IMG/VR virus record: IMGVR_UViG_3300046534_001374
Coordinates: 1-64,000 of that record
Length of the DNA stretch: 64,000 nucleotides
From: a virus
Reading direction: 5' to 3' (one strand)
Made by a program: the position numbers and the translations under genes. This document shows, one piece after another, positions 19,554 through 28,382 of the stretch (positions are counted from its first letter, which is position 1; the number at the start of each line of letters is the position of its first letter). Under the pieces are notes generated by a model that ran no database searches, was not told where the DNA came from, and saw nothing but the letters and a program-made list of their open reading frames with translations.

Positions 19554-19715
19554 TTTTTAACATGGAACTTCTACACTAAAATATAAACTACAATTAAGAC
19601 ACCTATAAGAATCTTTATAATCACTCCCATTTTCTACCGATTCAACATCGGGGTGAACTTGGGCTTCTTTATCGGGATCTTCTTTAGTGCATACTTTACC
19701 AGCTTTCATAATAAA

Positions 19716-19787
19716 TGGTCGAGGGAGTAGGATTTGACACCCACATCGCCACCTCTACAGTGGTCATTTTGCTTAAACTATCCCTCG
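19716..19787 (-). tRNA. Atypical tRNA with Pro-type acceptor and non-canonical anticodon loop (TGTAGAG)
   Basis: CGAGGGA/TCCCTCG-A-CCA; same architecture as 18725..18797. Confidence 0.55.
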
Positions 19788-19790
19788 ATA

Positions 19791-19868
19791 TGGTATAGGT
19801 GGAGGGATTCGAACCCTCGATCTCTCGCCCCCAAAACGAGCGTCATAGCCAAACTAGACCACACCTAT
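19791..19868 (-). tRNA. tRNA-Pro(TGG)
   Basis: CTCGT-TTTGGGG-GCGAG arm; CCA. Confidence 0.9.
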
Positions 19869-19992
19869 ATGTTGAGAATAATACGTCTGTCTAACGCTAG
19901 AGCCATTACTTGGTTCACTCGGTTTGGGTGCTTACCACATCCATTACGCCGACTCTCTGTGTGGTCTCTCTCACACCACTACTATTATTTAA

Positions 19993-20078
19993 TTCATATG
20001 GAAGGATTCGAACCTCCGGTCCCCGTTAAGGGACACCAGTTTTTTAAATCAGTTGCTTTAAGCCACTCAGCCACATAC
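19993..20078 (-). pseudogene. Degenerate type-II (Ser/Leu-like) tRNA, anticodon undetermined
   Basis: D arm GGCTGAGTGGCTTAAAGC, long variable arm and T arm intact; anticodon arm mispaired; no CCA. Confidence 0.55.
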
Positions 20079-20351
20079 AAAATCATTTACAATTAAAATT
20101 CACACAATTTATCAAACTCTTCAGTTTTCCTATAAATCTTACACTCTGACAAAGCTTTACATACTCGCCTCAAAGCTTCCACATTTGGTCCGATCATATT
20201 GTCGATAAAGGCTCTTCGTGTGGTCTCTCACACCACTACTATTAGTATTACTACAATCTTCAAATATTACAAGAGAAAGTTGCAACTTTCTCAAGCAGTC
20301 CTTCATTTATTCGGATGAGCCTGAAGTCAGCATTCTCGCTTGAAGACTTTA

Positions 20352-20924
20352 TTAAAAATTAATACCCTTGTATAACAAGGAAATAGGTAAGTTCCACATA
20401 GGAACATGACATCTGAAACCATTCGAAGGATCTACGTCACCTTTATCTACAAATTTAGCTTTCTCAAAGAATTCTTTTGATGATATGAAACCACACAACC
20501 ACAATTTTTTAAGGTTTTTATATTTTACGTTTACGCCACTACCCGATTTAGATCCATAAGTTATAGATGCAAACGCATATATTTCTGGTTTTTGATGCAA
20601 GCTAGTTTTTGCAATGGATACCTCATAATTTAGTCTCGGGTCAACCGTTCTTCTTTTGGTTTTAACCTCAATAGTTTTCCCATTAAACTCTAAATCATGA
20701 TTGTATTTTTTATACCCTTCATCACATGAAACGACATCAGCACCTACATGTGATGCTATTGCTGCTTCCGATAAGTAGCCAGCCCTATTACCTTTACCCG
20801 AAGTTATAGAGTTATTCAAAACTCCAAGTTCTTTTGATTTTTTAATAGCATCTTTCAACATCCAAGTTTTTATATCTAAAGTTTCCATTAGATATAAAAT
20901 ACCATGTGTCATGGGCTTTTTCAA
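20352..20924 (-). CDS. PD-(D/E)xK nuclease-like protein
   Basis: E...HDL...IEVKTK motif. Confidence 0.55.
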   Translation of the reverse strand: MKKPMTHGILYLMETLDIKTWMLKDAIKKSKELGVLNNSITSGKGNRAGYLSEAAIASHVGADVVSCDEGYKKYNHDLEFNGKTIEVKTKRRTVDPRLNYEVSIAKTSLHQKPEIYAFASITYGSKSGSGVNVKYKNLKKLWLCGFISSKEFFEKAKFVDKGDVDPSNGFRCHVPMWNLPISLLYKGINF

Positions 20925-21151
20925 ATTAATTCTTCAAAATCTCTCAAAAATCTTTTACTCTTCATTCTAGAAAAATCAATTTCACTTTCAACTGAATTGG
21001 CCCAACGGTCAAAGTCAGTATCACTGATATGAAGAATATTACCTATAATCCGAAAATGCCTACTTTTGTATGTCTTAAGGGTATAGTCGGATTTGTCGAA
21101 TTTCAAATCGTGATTTGCTTCCAACGTTTCTACTACTTCTTCAGTTGTCAT
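20921..21151 (-). CDS. Hypothetical protein
   Basis: 76-aa ORF with TTGACA-17-TAAAGT upstream. Confidence 0.65.
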   Translation of the reverse strand: MTTEEVVETLEANHDLKFDKSDYTLKTYKSRHFRIIGNILHISDTDFDRWANSVESEIDFSRMKSKRFLRDFEELI

Positions 21152-21211
21152 TACCCCTGAACTTTAGCATTCAAAATCGATTGTGTCAACAATCTTTTAA
21201 CTTTATTTTAT

Positions 21212-21259
21212 AGCGACCGTCCTGCTTTTCAGGGGAACACGAATTTTAATCTCGCCGCT
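21212..21259 (-). ncRNA. Conserved post-attenuator structured RNA, copy 1
   Basis: AGCGGC-GAGATTAAAATTC-GTGTT-CCCCT-GAAA-AGCAGG-ACG-GTCGCT; three copies in the window with covariation. Confidence 0.85.
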
Positions 21260-21268
21260 TCTGTCTAT

Positions 21269-21349
21269 AAAAAAACCCTAACCGAATGAACGGGTAGGGT
21301 CAAGAAATATTGTAATTTAGTTTATCAACTACACACAATTTCTAGACCC
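21269..21349 (-). promoter_or_regulatory. Attenuator 1: antiterminator overlapping an intrinsic terminator
   Basis: Terminator ACCCTACCCG/CGGTTAGGGT plus T run; competing GGGTCTAGAAAT/ATTTCTTGACCC helix uses the terminator's ACCC. Confidence 0.85.
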
Positions 21350-21400
21350 ATCCATCGGTGGATAGGGTTGTTGCCATTGTTGCTGGAAGATGTTCTTCAT
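21329..21400 (-). CDS. Leader peptide 1, MKNIFQQQWQQPYPPMDGSRNCV
   Basis: Manual translation; 10 consecutive Gln/Trp/Pro/Tyr codons; promoter TTGAAA-16-TATAAGTA upstream. Confidence 0.85.
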   Translation of the reverse strand: MKNIFQQQWQQPYPPMDGSRNCV

Positions 21401-21472
21401 TACGTTTTTACTTATACCACATGTTTGCACTTTTTCAAGGAAATTGTGAATTATTTTAATTGGAGTTAAATC

Positions 21473-21718
21473 CTAAGCCCTCTTCACAACTTCCCCAACA
21501 TACGAATCATAGATATGGTAATCGTCTGAACCATCATATTCTTTCACACTACCCCAAAGTTCAGAACTTGTTAATTCTTCTATAGTATCAAATCTACCTT
21601 TAAGGTCATCCATACCACCCGCAGCCTCATAGTCATTAAACGCAAACAACCAGTATCGTTTTACGTTATTACTTCTTTCAGTTATCATATTATTATAATA
21701 TGTGTTGAATTTTCCCAT
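21473..21718 (-). CDS. Putative internal head protein, paralog of 19094..19288
   Basis: Extra N-terminal MGKFNTYYNNMITE before the shared domain. Confidence 0.65.
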   Translation of the reverse strand: MGKFNTYYNNMITERSNNVKRYWLFAFNDYEAAGGMDDLKGRFDTIEELTSSELWGSVKEYDGSDDYHIYDSYVGEVVKRA

Positions 21719-21732
21719 ATTACTACTTATGT

Positions 21733-22440
21733 TTAATTTGACACAAACTTAGGAACCGACCCATTGTAATTTGTGTCGATATTTACAACGTCATCGTCAT
21801 CACAAGGTCTTGGGTTGATCATGTATAAATTAGACTCTAATACTTCCACAGGTGATTCTGTGAAGAAGAACACTGCTCTATCGCAACGACCACAGGAAAA
21901 TTTATCATTCACCATGCGGCTAACCTTTGCGTCATCCGACAACTCATCAAACTCACCACCATATTTGGCATGAGCAGATTGTCTTGTTGCGTTATCGGCA
22001 AATTCAGGATTGTCGTAATTTGGTGTTCTGCTGCGAGATTTAATATACTCCTTAACTTTAAAGGGATTGTATGTAATTGGCTCGTATGGTCTCGAACGAA
22101 TCTCTTCGATGATCTCATCCATTGTTAGGTCGATATCATCAACCTTACCATATACTAGCGATTGCACACTTTTAGTATTCTTAGCGATAATTGTTTTCGT
22201 GGTATTTTGTGCAATATAAAATTTACAGTCATCCAGAATCAATCCTTTAGTTCTGAATTTATCGCCATCGGGTCTCACCAAAACCTTATTTCCTTTTTTG
22301 ACAGACCATTGCCCGTTATACTTTCCACCCTCAAGAACGTAGTGAACACCAACGATCTCATTTTCTAGATATTGTGTATCTGGCGAAAATTCTTGGAGTA
22401 ATGTCGATCCAATCGACTGTAAGGTTTTTTCGAAATTCAT
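21733..22440 (-). CDS. Hypothetical protein, putative internal head protein
   Basis: N-terminus MNFEKTLQSIGSTLLQE. Confidence 0.6.
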   Translation of the reverse strand: MNFEKTLQSIGSTLLQEFSPDTQYLENEIVGVHYVLEGGKYNGQWSVKKGNKVLVRPDGDKFRTKGLILDDCKFYIAQNTTKTIIAKNTKSVQSLVYGKVDDIDLTMDEIIEEIRSRPYEPITYNPFKVKEYIKSRSRTPNYDNPEFADNATRQSAHAKYGGEFDELSDDAKVSRMVNDKFSCGRCDRAVFFFTESPVEVLESNLYMINPRPCDDDDVVNIDTNYNGSVPKFVSN

Positions 22441-22442
22441 TA

Positions 22443-22712
22443 TTATCTAGGTTTAAATTGTCCTAAAAGCTCGCCAACTTCGAAAAGATTAGCACCTTTT
22501 CTACCTACTCTACGAACGTTCCAAACATTGTTTTCACTGTCCCTAACTGATTGGACCCCGTGAGCAGACTGGAATCTAACTCTTTCTCTTTCCGCTAAAG
22601 GTCTGACAACTCTTTTAGAAGGGTATTTGATTAGGTGTTCCCTCTCCCATGCATGGATAGATTCCTTTATGATGGTGTTTTTAATTTCTTCTAATTTGTT
22701 GTCGAAGCTCAT
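22443..22712 (-). CDS. Hypothetical protein, putative internal head protein
   Basis: N-terminus MSFDNKLEEIKNTIIKE; TAATTA-N5-ATG. Confidence 0.6.
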   Translation of the reverse strand: MSFDNKLEEIKNTIIKESIHAWEREHLIKYPSKRVVRPLAERERVRFQSAHGVQSVRDSENNVWNVRRVGRKGANLFEVGELLGQFKPR

Positions 22713-22723
22713 ACTATTAATTA

Positions 22724-23110
22724 TTATTCTACTGTCATTAAACTGAAACTATAAGGTCTGATGCCACTAATCTCAAAATCCAATCCCAATTTATAATCCA
22801 ACTTATCAATAATTTCACCGATATCGTATCTCCATTCTTCCTTTGCGTTTTTTAAAAATTCATCATAGGAATATCTGGCATTTTTCCAACCTTCTCTTGT
22901 AGGTGTTTTTCTATTATAACCAACATTAATGGTTTGTCCGTGTGTCATGAAAACATTAATCTCATCATCATCCATATGATCCTGAACTAATGCGACTATA
23001 TCTCGTTCCATATCAGGAGTAATCTCACCTTTCTTTCTTAGTGAGGGTTCATCCCGATAGAAGGTATCTTCCGATAAAATTCCAGAAATGCATTGACCAA
23101 ATTTAGTCAT
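22724..23110 (-). CDS. Hypothetical protein, putative internal head protein
   Basis: N-terminus MTKFGQCISGILSE. Confidence 0.6.
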   Translation of the reverse strand: MTKFGQCISGILSEDTFYRDEPSLRKKGEITPDMERDIVALVQDHMDDDEINVFMTHGQTINVGYNRKTPTREGWKNARYSYDEFLKNAKEEWRYDIGEIIDKLDYKLGLDFEISGIRPYSFSLMTVE

Positions 23111-23115
23111 ACTAC

Positions 23116-23622
23116 TTATTTAGTGTAAACTTCATCCCAATATCCGGTAGGCTTCAATTCTCGATATTCCTCGTTAGAAATAATTTTCAAATCATCGGGA
23201 TTGCGATCATCTAAGAATCCCCAATCTTTCAAATTATTAGAAGTGAATATGAGTGTTCTCACATATCGTGAATGGAGCTTCTTGATACGATGAAAGCACT
23301 TAAGACTAACCCAATTAAACTTACCCTTAGCGATCTCCCTGACTTCGGTTTTTGAGTTGATATCGGATTTAAACTCTTCAGTATAGCCACCATCCATAAT
23401 ATATGACAATAATCTCCGTGGATGGTTATGCAAGAAGTGGTCGCGATCAAAAGTTAAATCCTCGCTATCTGGGGGTAAAAAGAACTCGTGGGTATCCACG
23501 GTCATGAATCCCAAATTTAACACCCGCCAACGTTTGAATAAAACAAACCCATCTTTTCTTTTAATTTCTTTAATCAGTTTCATGATGTCTTTTAAATTTA
23601 ATAGAAGATCTAAAACCTTCAA
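23116..23622 (-). CDS. Cupin-like protein (start probably MKLIKE at 23583)
   Basis: HNHP...GGYTEE...FHRI cupin motifs. Confidence 0.6.
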   Translation of the reverse strand: MKVLDLLLNLKDIMKLIKEIKRKDGFVLFKRWRVLNLGFMTVDTHEFFLPPDSEDLTFDRDHFLHNHPRRLLSYIMDGGYTEEFKSDINSKTEVREIAKGKFNWVSLKCFHRIKKLHSRYVRTLIFTSNNLKDWGFLDDRNPDDLKIISNEEYRELKPTGYWDEVYTK

Positions 23623-23932
23623 TTTTGTTAATTTGCAACAACCTGATACGACTAATCAACCTAGAGATAATCCTTCTTGGGTGCTCTCGTTCTTCGATAA
23701 AGTGATCTGCGCAGTAGCCATCGTTAGACGGGCAGGTGTCCTGAATAAAGGAAAATATATCTTCGTAAGGTTTATACTCATCGACGATTTTAGTTAACCA
23801 GAATAACACACTCTGCGCGTCGATATGTTCTGGATACATGCCGCACTTCCTACCGATCAATTTTCGGAGACTATTATAGGGCCTCTTGTTTTTCTTACAG
23901 TATCTGATGATTAGATTATCAATAGGGTTCAT
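23570..23932 (-). CDS. Hypothetical protein
   Basis: 120-aa ORF in operon context. Confidence 0.65.
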   Translation of the reverse strand: MNPIDNLIIRYCKKNKRPYNSLRKLIGRKCGMYPEHIDAQSVLFWLTKIVDEYKPYEDIFSFIQDTCPSNDGYCADHFIEEREHPRRIISRLISRIRLLQINKIEGFRSSIKFKRHHETD

Positions 23933-23933
23933 T

Positions 23934-24208
23934 TTATACGTATTTGTTGAATAATTCTATCAGAAGATCTCCATGACAGGCTTACACCAACAACCAAGCA
24001 CCTTTCCTTCCAACTCATGCAGGCTATCTAATATTTCTCCCTTTGTCAATATTAATTCTCGATATTTTTCAATGACCTGTTTTCTGGTCCCATCCTTGCC
24101 TATCTCGTAAGGATTACCCCGTTTAGAAGGTCTCCCTATGTAAATGTCGTGAAACTCTCTACAGTGGACTATGGAAGGCTTTATAGGGGCATGGAAAAGA
24201 TCACTCAT
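23934..24208 (-). pseudogene. DUF4326-family gene, frameshifted near its C-terminus
   Basis: YIGRPS..GNPY and LGCWCKP in one frame; the expected CHGDLL continues in another frame to a stop at 23934. Confidence 0.75.
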
Positions 24209-24230
24209 ATTTATACGAGTGTAACGGAGG

Positions 24231-25406
24231 TTGAAAAATTGTCAAATAAAAGTAATTTTTATATATTGTTTTACTTGTCGTCGCGCAATATATAAGGTTA
24301 TGATGGCGCTGATAAGTGTATTTTACTCTTGGATTATATCTTGTTTAGATAAATTGATATTACGAATTTTCGGACACACCACAAATAACGGTTCTGGCGC
24401 GGGAGATAATGACGGCGGCTATTATACCGATTATAAGTTGCTTCGAGCTAAAAAGGATGTAATCGGTGTCGGCCAGCACAGAACTGGTTGGCCTTGGGTT
24501 TTTAACAATCTATCCATTTACGAATCCGTAGACGGTATTTTATTCGATGATTTTCTTGAACAAAATTTTTGTTATAAACCAATCCCCGACATCTATAGAG
24601 AGCCTTGGATTGCAATTTTCCACCACCCCAAAAATATCCCACTTTTTGGAAATTATAAAGAAAACCTAAATAGAGTTTTCGAAATGGAAGAGTTTAAAGA
24701 AAGTTGTAAAGAACTCAAAGTAGCTATCGCGCTTTCCGACGAACTGGCTGAATGGCTCAGAGAAAAATTAGATTGTAAAGTTGTATCTTTGAAACACCCA
24801 ATCGGACTTGAATGCAACCCCCAGTGGGATATTGAAAAATGGAATAAGGATAAACAAGCGTATCAAATTGGATTTTATCTGAGAAACACTCGATTGATTG
24901 AACAGATCCCCAATGTTGATGATATTGCATTCAACAGACTGTGGTCGGACATGACTTGGTTGAAAAACTATGATACAAAGGTTTCCAAATACTGGTCTAA
25001 CCATGGCGAAACATCTTTCGATTTCGAAAGTGAAAACTATTTTAATACAAGATGTGGTTATAGACTAGCCGAAGATCATAATATTAACTTTGTTCTACCT
25101 TCCCGATATGATGAAATCTTAACGTCTGGTGTTGTGGTTGTGGAGTATTTTGAATGTTCAGCATCGAATGTTATTCTTGAATGTATCGCTTCAAACACCC
25201 CGATCATTGTAAACCGTATATCTGCAACTGTCCAATATCTTGGAGAGGGCTATCCTCTGTTCTTCGACCATCCTGAAGAGATTCCTGATCTATTCGCTAA
25301 AGTGGCAGAAGCTAATGCTTACTTGAAGACCATGGACAAAGAAGATATTAAAATTGACACCTTCGTCCAAAATATACTCAAAGAAGTAAATCAGATTAAA
25401 AGATAA
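24231..25406 (+). CDS. Glycosyltransferase-like protein (true start probably ~24300)
   Basis: GT-B-like C-terminus SASNVILECIASNTPIIVN...YLGEGYPLFF; adjacent to a sulfotransferase. Confidence 0.55.
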   Translation: MKNCQIKVIFIYCFTCRRAIYKVMMALISVFYSWIISCLDKLILRIFGHTTNNGSGAGDNDGGYYTDYKLLRAKKDVIGVGQHRTGWPWVFNNLSIYESVDGILFDDFLEQNFCYKPIPDIYREPWIAIFHHPKNIPLFGNYKENLNRVFEMEEFKESCKELKVAIALSDELAEWLREKLDCKVVSLKHPIGLECNPQWDIEKWNKDKQAYQIGFYLRNTRLIEQIPNVDDIAFNRLWSDMTWLKNYDTKVSKYWSNHGETSFDFESENYFNTRCGYRLAEDHNINFVLPSRYDEILTSGVVVVEYFECSASNVILECIASNTPIIVNRISATVQYLGEGYPLFFDHPEEIPDLFAKVAEANAYLKTMDKEDIKIDTFVQNILKEVNQIKR

Positions 25407-25409
25407 AAT

Positions 25410-26066
25410 ATGAAATCCAAATATACAATTGTCTGCGGAAGTAGGAGTGGTTCGACTCTTCTTTGTGATTTATTAAAATCAACCAAAAGAGCGGGCGATC
25501 CTCAAGAGTTTTTTAACGAAGAACTTATTCAGGATTTCGGAAGATTTAATAAAGGAGATGGATATGTTGACGGTATCATTAATGCAACAAAAACCGAAAA
25601 TGAAGTTTTTGGTGTTAAGGTTGTCGGGTGTTTTGACCAATTGGAGGGTTTACTTGAAAGTAAACTTAAACTAACACACTACGTTTACTTAGAAAGAGAA
25701 AACAAAGTTGCCCAAGCCATCTCCAGATATAAATCTTGGCAAACCAATAAGTGGCATAGTAATACGCCGCTTGATGTTGATTATTCTTACGGAGATATTA
25801 AATGGTGTTATGATGACATCTTAGCGGAGGATATTTTCCTACAAAAATTCATCATAGGAAAAAATGCTCTGCGAATTTCATACGAGAAAGATCTCTTAAA
25901 CAATAGAGAACAAACTGTGAGGTGCATTCTTAACCATCTAGGAGTTAGCAGCAAGGATCTACCGGAACTCAAAACAGAACGAGTTAAGATTTCAAACTAC
26001 GCATCCAAGGAAATGGAGAAGCGTTTTAAAGAGGAATTAAAGACTAAGCAGATTTCCTCTGTTTGA
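25410..26066 (+). CDS. Stf0-family sulfotransferase
   Basis: RSGSTLLCDLL, GDPQEFFN, LERENKVAQAIS and SYE motifs. Confidence 0.88.
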   Translation: MKSKYTIVCGSRSGSTLLCDLLKSTKRAGDPQEFFNEELIQDFGRFNKGDGYVDGIINATKTENEVFGVKVVGCFDQLEGLLESKLKLTHYVYLERENKVAQAISRYKSWQTNKWHSNTPLDVDYSYGDIKWCYDDILAEDIFLQKFIIGKNALRISYEKDLLNNREQTVRCILNHLGVSSKDLPELKTERVKISNYASKEMEKRFKEELKTKQISSV

Positions 26067-26276
26067 AAATAGTGTAGAAAGTCTGCGACTCTATTCCGGT
26101 TTCCATCCAAGTAATCTCATAAAAACCACTCGCTCATCCAATAACTCATCTACACTTTCGTTCCAAGCTTTGATTTCTTTGGGATCTGTTTGTTCTTTTA
26201 GAAGAGCTACACTTTCTAGTAAAACTAGATCAATGTCGCCGATTTCTTGTTGCGGTGTTAATTCTTCACCCATAAA

Positions 26277-26615
26277 TTATACAATAAAATGTTCTTTGTA
26301 TTTGGAATTTTCGTAGAGGTCTTTCAACTGTTTCTCTAAACAAGTATAGTCCAAAACAAATTCACAATACTCGTTGTTATAACAATAATCGGCCAACTCC
26401 TTAGCATCATCCACTCCATAAGTTTTAAGAATATGTTGTGGAACTTTTAGATTTTGAAAATCTGATTTTCTCAAGAATCTATAACCTGTATTAGAAGGAT
26501 CGGCTAATGTATCTATAGAATCTATTACATGTATTATATCGAGTGAAGGTGTGCTGAATAATACATACGATGAATCGTCTACGGGTTCAAAAAACTTTAC
26601 TATGATTGCTTTCAT
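26277..26615 (-). CDS. Hypothetical protein
   Basis: 112-aa ORF with upstream TTGACT promoter-like sequence. Confidence 0.6.
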   Translation of the reverse strand: MKAIIVKFFEPVDDSSYVLFSTPSLDIIHVIDSIDTLADPSNTGYRFLRKSDFQNLKVPQHILKTYGVDDAKELADYCYNNEYCEFVLDYTCLEKQLKDLYENSKYKEHFIV

Positions 26616-26662
26616 TCATTTAAAATAACAGAATTTGAAGATAAGTCAATGTAAAACGTTAA

Positions 26663-26932
26663 TTAAATTTTCGAATCCCAACAATAATCGTCAACACAAA
26701 ATATTGAGAACGCATCATTAGGATTTTCGTTTAAAGATGCTCTGGGTCGGATGTCGCCAAAGTCATAATAATCACTTGGTCTATAATTCATCTCATATTT
26801 TTCGTAAGGATTAAAACCATTTTTAAATTCGCTATAACGCATCTTAACTACGGTTCTGTAACCACACCAGCCGCCATTTCCATGGCATTCTGGTTCTATG
26901 ATGTATACGATTTTATTTCCGTGTATTTTCAT
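26663..26932 (-). CDS. Hypothetical protein
   Basis: 89-aa ORF downstream of tRNA cluster 2. Confidence 0.6.
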   Translation of the reverse strand: MKIHGNKIVYIIEPECHGNGGWCGYRTVVKMRYSEFKNGFNPYEKYEMNYRPSDYYDFGDIRPRASLNENPNDAFSIFCVDDYCWDSKI

Positions 26933-26949
26933 TTTTATTATTTTATAGT

Positions 26950-27024
26950 TGTTCCCTAGCTCGGATGTGCGCCGAGTTATTTCCTTTCACAGAGGAAGAT
27001 TTTAACTACATAAACTACTAAGGA
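26950..27024 (-). tRNA. tRNA-His(GTG), atypical T loop
   Basis: TTCCT-CTGTGAA-AGGAA arm; T loop CGCACAT; no encoded CCA. Confidence 0.7.
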
Positions 27025-27037
27025 GGTCTAAAATATT

Positions 27038-27112
27038 TGGTGCGCGTAGAGAGAATCGAACTCTCATCTCGAATTTGGCAAACTCATATAATAACCGTTA
27101 TACGATACGCGC
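27038..27112 (-). tRNA. tRNA-Gly(GCC)
   Basis: Loop TT-GCC-AA; CCA. Confidence 0.92.
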
Positions 27113-27115
27113 AGT

Positions 27116-27192
27116 TGGTAGGAGATACAGGACTCGAACCTGTGCTGACATAGAATGTAAATCTACCGCTCTTCCAACTGAGCTAATCTCCC
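27116..27192 (-). tRNA. tRNA-Val(TAC)
   Basis: Loop TT-TAC-AT; CCA. Confidence 0.92.
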
Positions 27193-27218
27193 ATATATTT
27201 TTAAATGTTATTTCATTT

Positions 27219-27293
27219 TGGAGCTTCATCTCGGGATCGAACCGAGTCTTTCAGATTACAAAACTGACGTGCGACCATTAACACTTAAGAAGC
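27219..27293 (-). tRNA. tRNA-Thr(TGT)
   Basis: Loop TT-TGT-AA; CCA. Confidence 0.9.
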
Positions 27294-27304
27294 TTAAAAA
27301 GATT

Positions 27305-27379
27305 TGGAGGTCTCTGTGGAGCTTGAATCCACATCTCTTCAATACCAATGAAGTGCATCACCATTAATGCTTAGAGACC
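27305..27379 (-). tRNA. tRNA-Thr(GGT)
   Basis: CTTCA-TTGGTAT-TGAAG arm; CCA. Confidence 0.88.
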
Positions 27380-27382
27380 GTA

Positions 27383-27458
27383 TGGAGCATGTGACAGGAT
27401 TCGAACCTGCGACCATCTACTTGGAAGGAAGACACTCTGACCACTGAGTTACACATGC
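27383..27458 (-). tRNA. tRNA-Gly(TCC)
   Basis: Loop CT-TCC-AA; U73; CCA. Confidence 0.92.
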
Positions 27459-27467
27459 TTATAAAAT

Positions 27468-27544
27468 TGGCAGGACTGACGGGAGTTGAACCCGCTTCTT
27501 CAAGATTGACAATCTTGCGCTTCCACCATTTCAGCTTCAGTCCT
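27468..27544 (-). tRNA. tRNA-Asp(GTC)
   Basis: CAAGA-TTGTCAA-TCTTG arm; G73; CCA. Confidence 0.92.
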
Positions 27545-27593
27545 ATTTGGTAATTACTACGTATTTAGAAAGTTTATTTTACTAATTACCTTT

Positions 27594-28247
27594 ATGAAGC
27601 AATTAGGGTGTCATAACTGTAGTAATTTGTATGATGTTAATTCCGATCAATGGAAGGCATATAGATATAATTTCAAAAAGAAAGGTGTGCGACATTTTTG
27701 TTCTGAACAATGTAGGGAGGAAGTTCGTGGTTATTCCAAACCCGTAACATGTAAACAATGTAACACATCTTTTAATAAAGAAAAGAGTAGAATTGAAAAA
27801 TCGAAAAATAATTTTTGTTCTAGTTCGTGTAACGCTACTTACAACAACACCCACAAAACAAAAGGAACCAGACGTTCCAAATTAGAAGTATATCTTGAGA
27901 AACGATTGACTGAAATTTATCCCGATCTTGAAATTTTATACTCAGATAAAACTACAATCAAATCAGAATTGGATTTTTACATCCCATCCTTAAACCTCGC
28001 ATTTGAACTGAACGGTATTTTTCATTATGAACCAATTTATGGTAAAGATAAATTGGAGAAAATTCAAAACAACGATCATCGAAAATTCCAAGCTTGCTTG
28101 GAACAAGGGATTGAACTTTGTATCATCGATAGTTCTGGTCAGAAATATTTCAAAGAATCAACTTCTCAAAAATACCTTAACATTATTACAAATTTAGTTG
28201 ACTCCAAATTGGAGTCATCCAAGACAGACTACGTGGAAGTATTGTAA
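27594..28247 (+). CDS. Putative free-standing homing endonuclease (Zn ribbons plus Vsr/DUF559-like nuclease domain)
   Basis: CxxC...FCS repeats, SKLE and ELDFYIPSLNLAFELNGIFHY; inserted antisense within the tRNA cluster. Confidence 0.8.
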   Translation: MKQLGCHNCSNLYDVNSDQWKAYRYNFKKKGVRHFCSEQCREEVRGYSKPVTCKQCNTSFNKEKSRIEKSKNNFCSSSCNATYNNTHKTKGTRRSKLEVYLEKRLTEIYPDLEILYSDKTTIKSELDFYIPSLNLAFELNGIFHYEPIYGKDKLEKIQNNDHRKFQACLEQGIELCIIDSSGQKYFKESTSQKYLNIITNLVDSKLESSKTDYVEVL

Positions 28248-28258
28248 TGTTCTGTCTC

Positions 28259-28331
28259 TATTCCCACCGAGATTCGAACTCGGATCTACAACTTGAAAGG
28301 CTGCTGTTCTGACCACTTAAACTATAGGAAC
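28259..28331 (-). tRNA. tRNA-Glu(TTC)
   Basis: Loop CT-TTC-AA; no encoded CCA. Confidence 0.88.
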
Positions 28332-28382
28332 TTCTTATTGATTTGAATATAACTCACCTTGATCGGTTTGTCAATCTTATTT

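Noticed and set aside
19993-20078. Ochre suppressor tRNA or stop-codon recoding
   Set aside because: The anticodon arm is mispaired and ambiguous, and long genes translate cleanly under the standard code using all three stops.
21212-21400. T-box riboswitch as the explanation for the leaders
   Set aside because: There is no T-box AAnnAGGGTGGnACC motif or Stem I, and the elements contain translatable leader ORFs instead.
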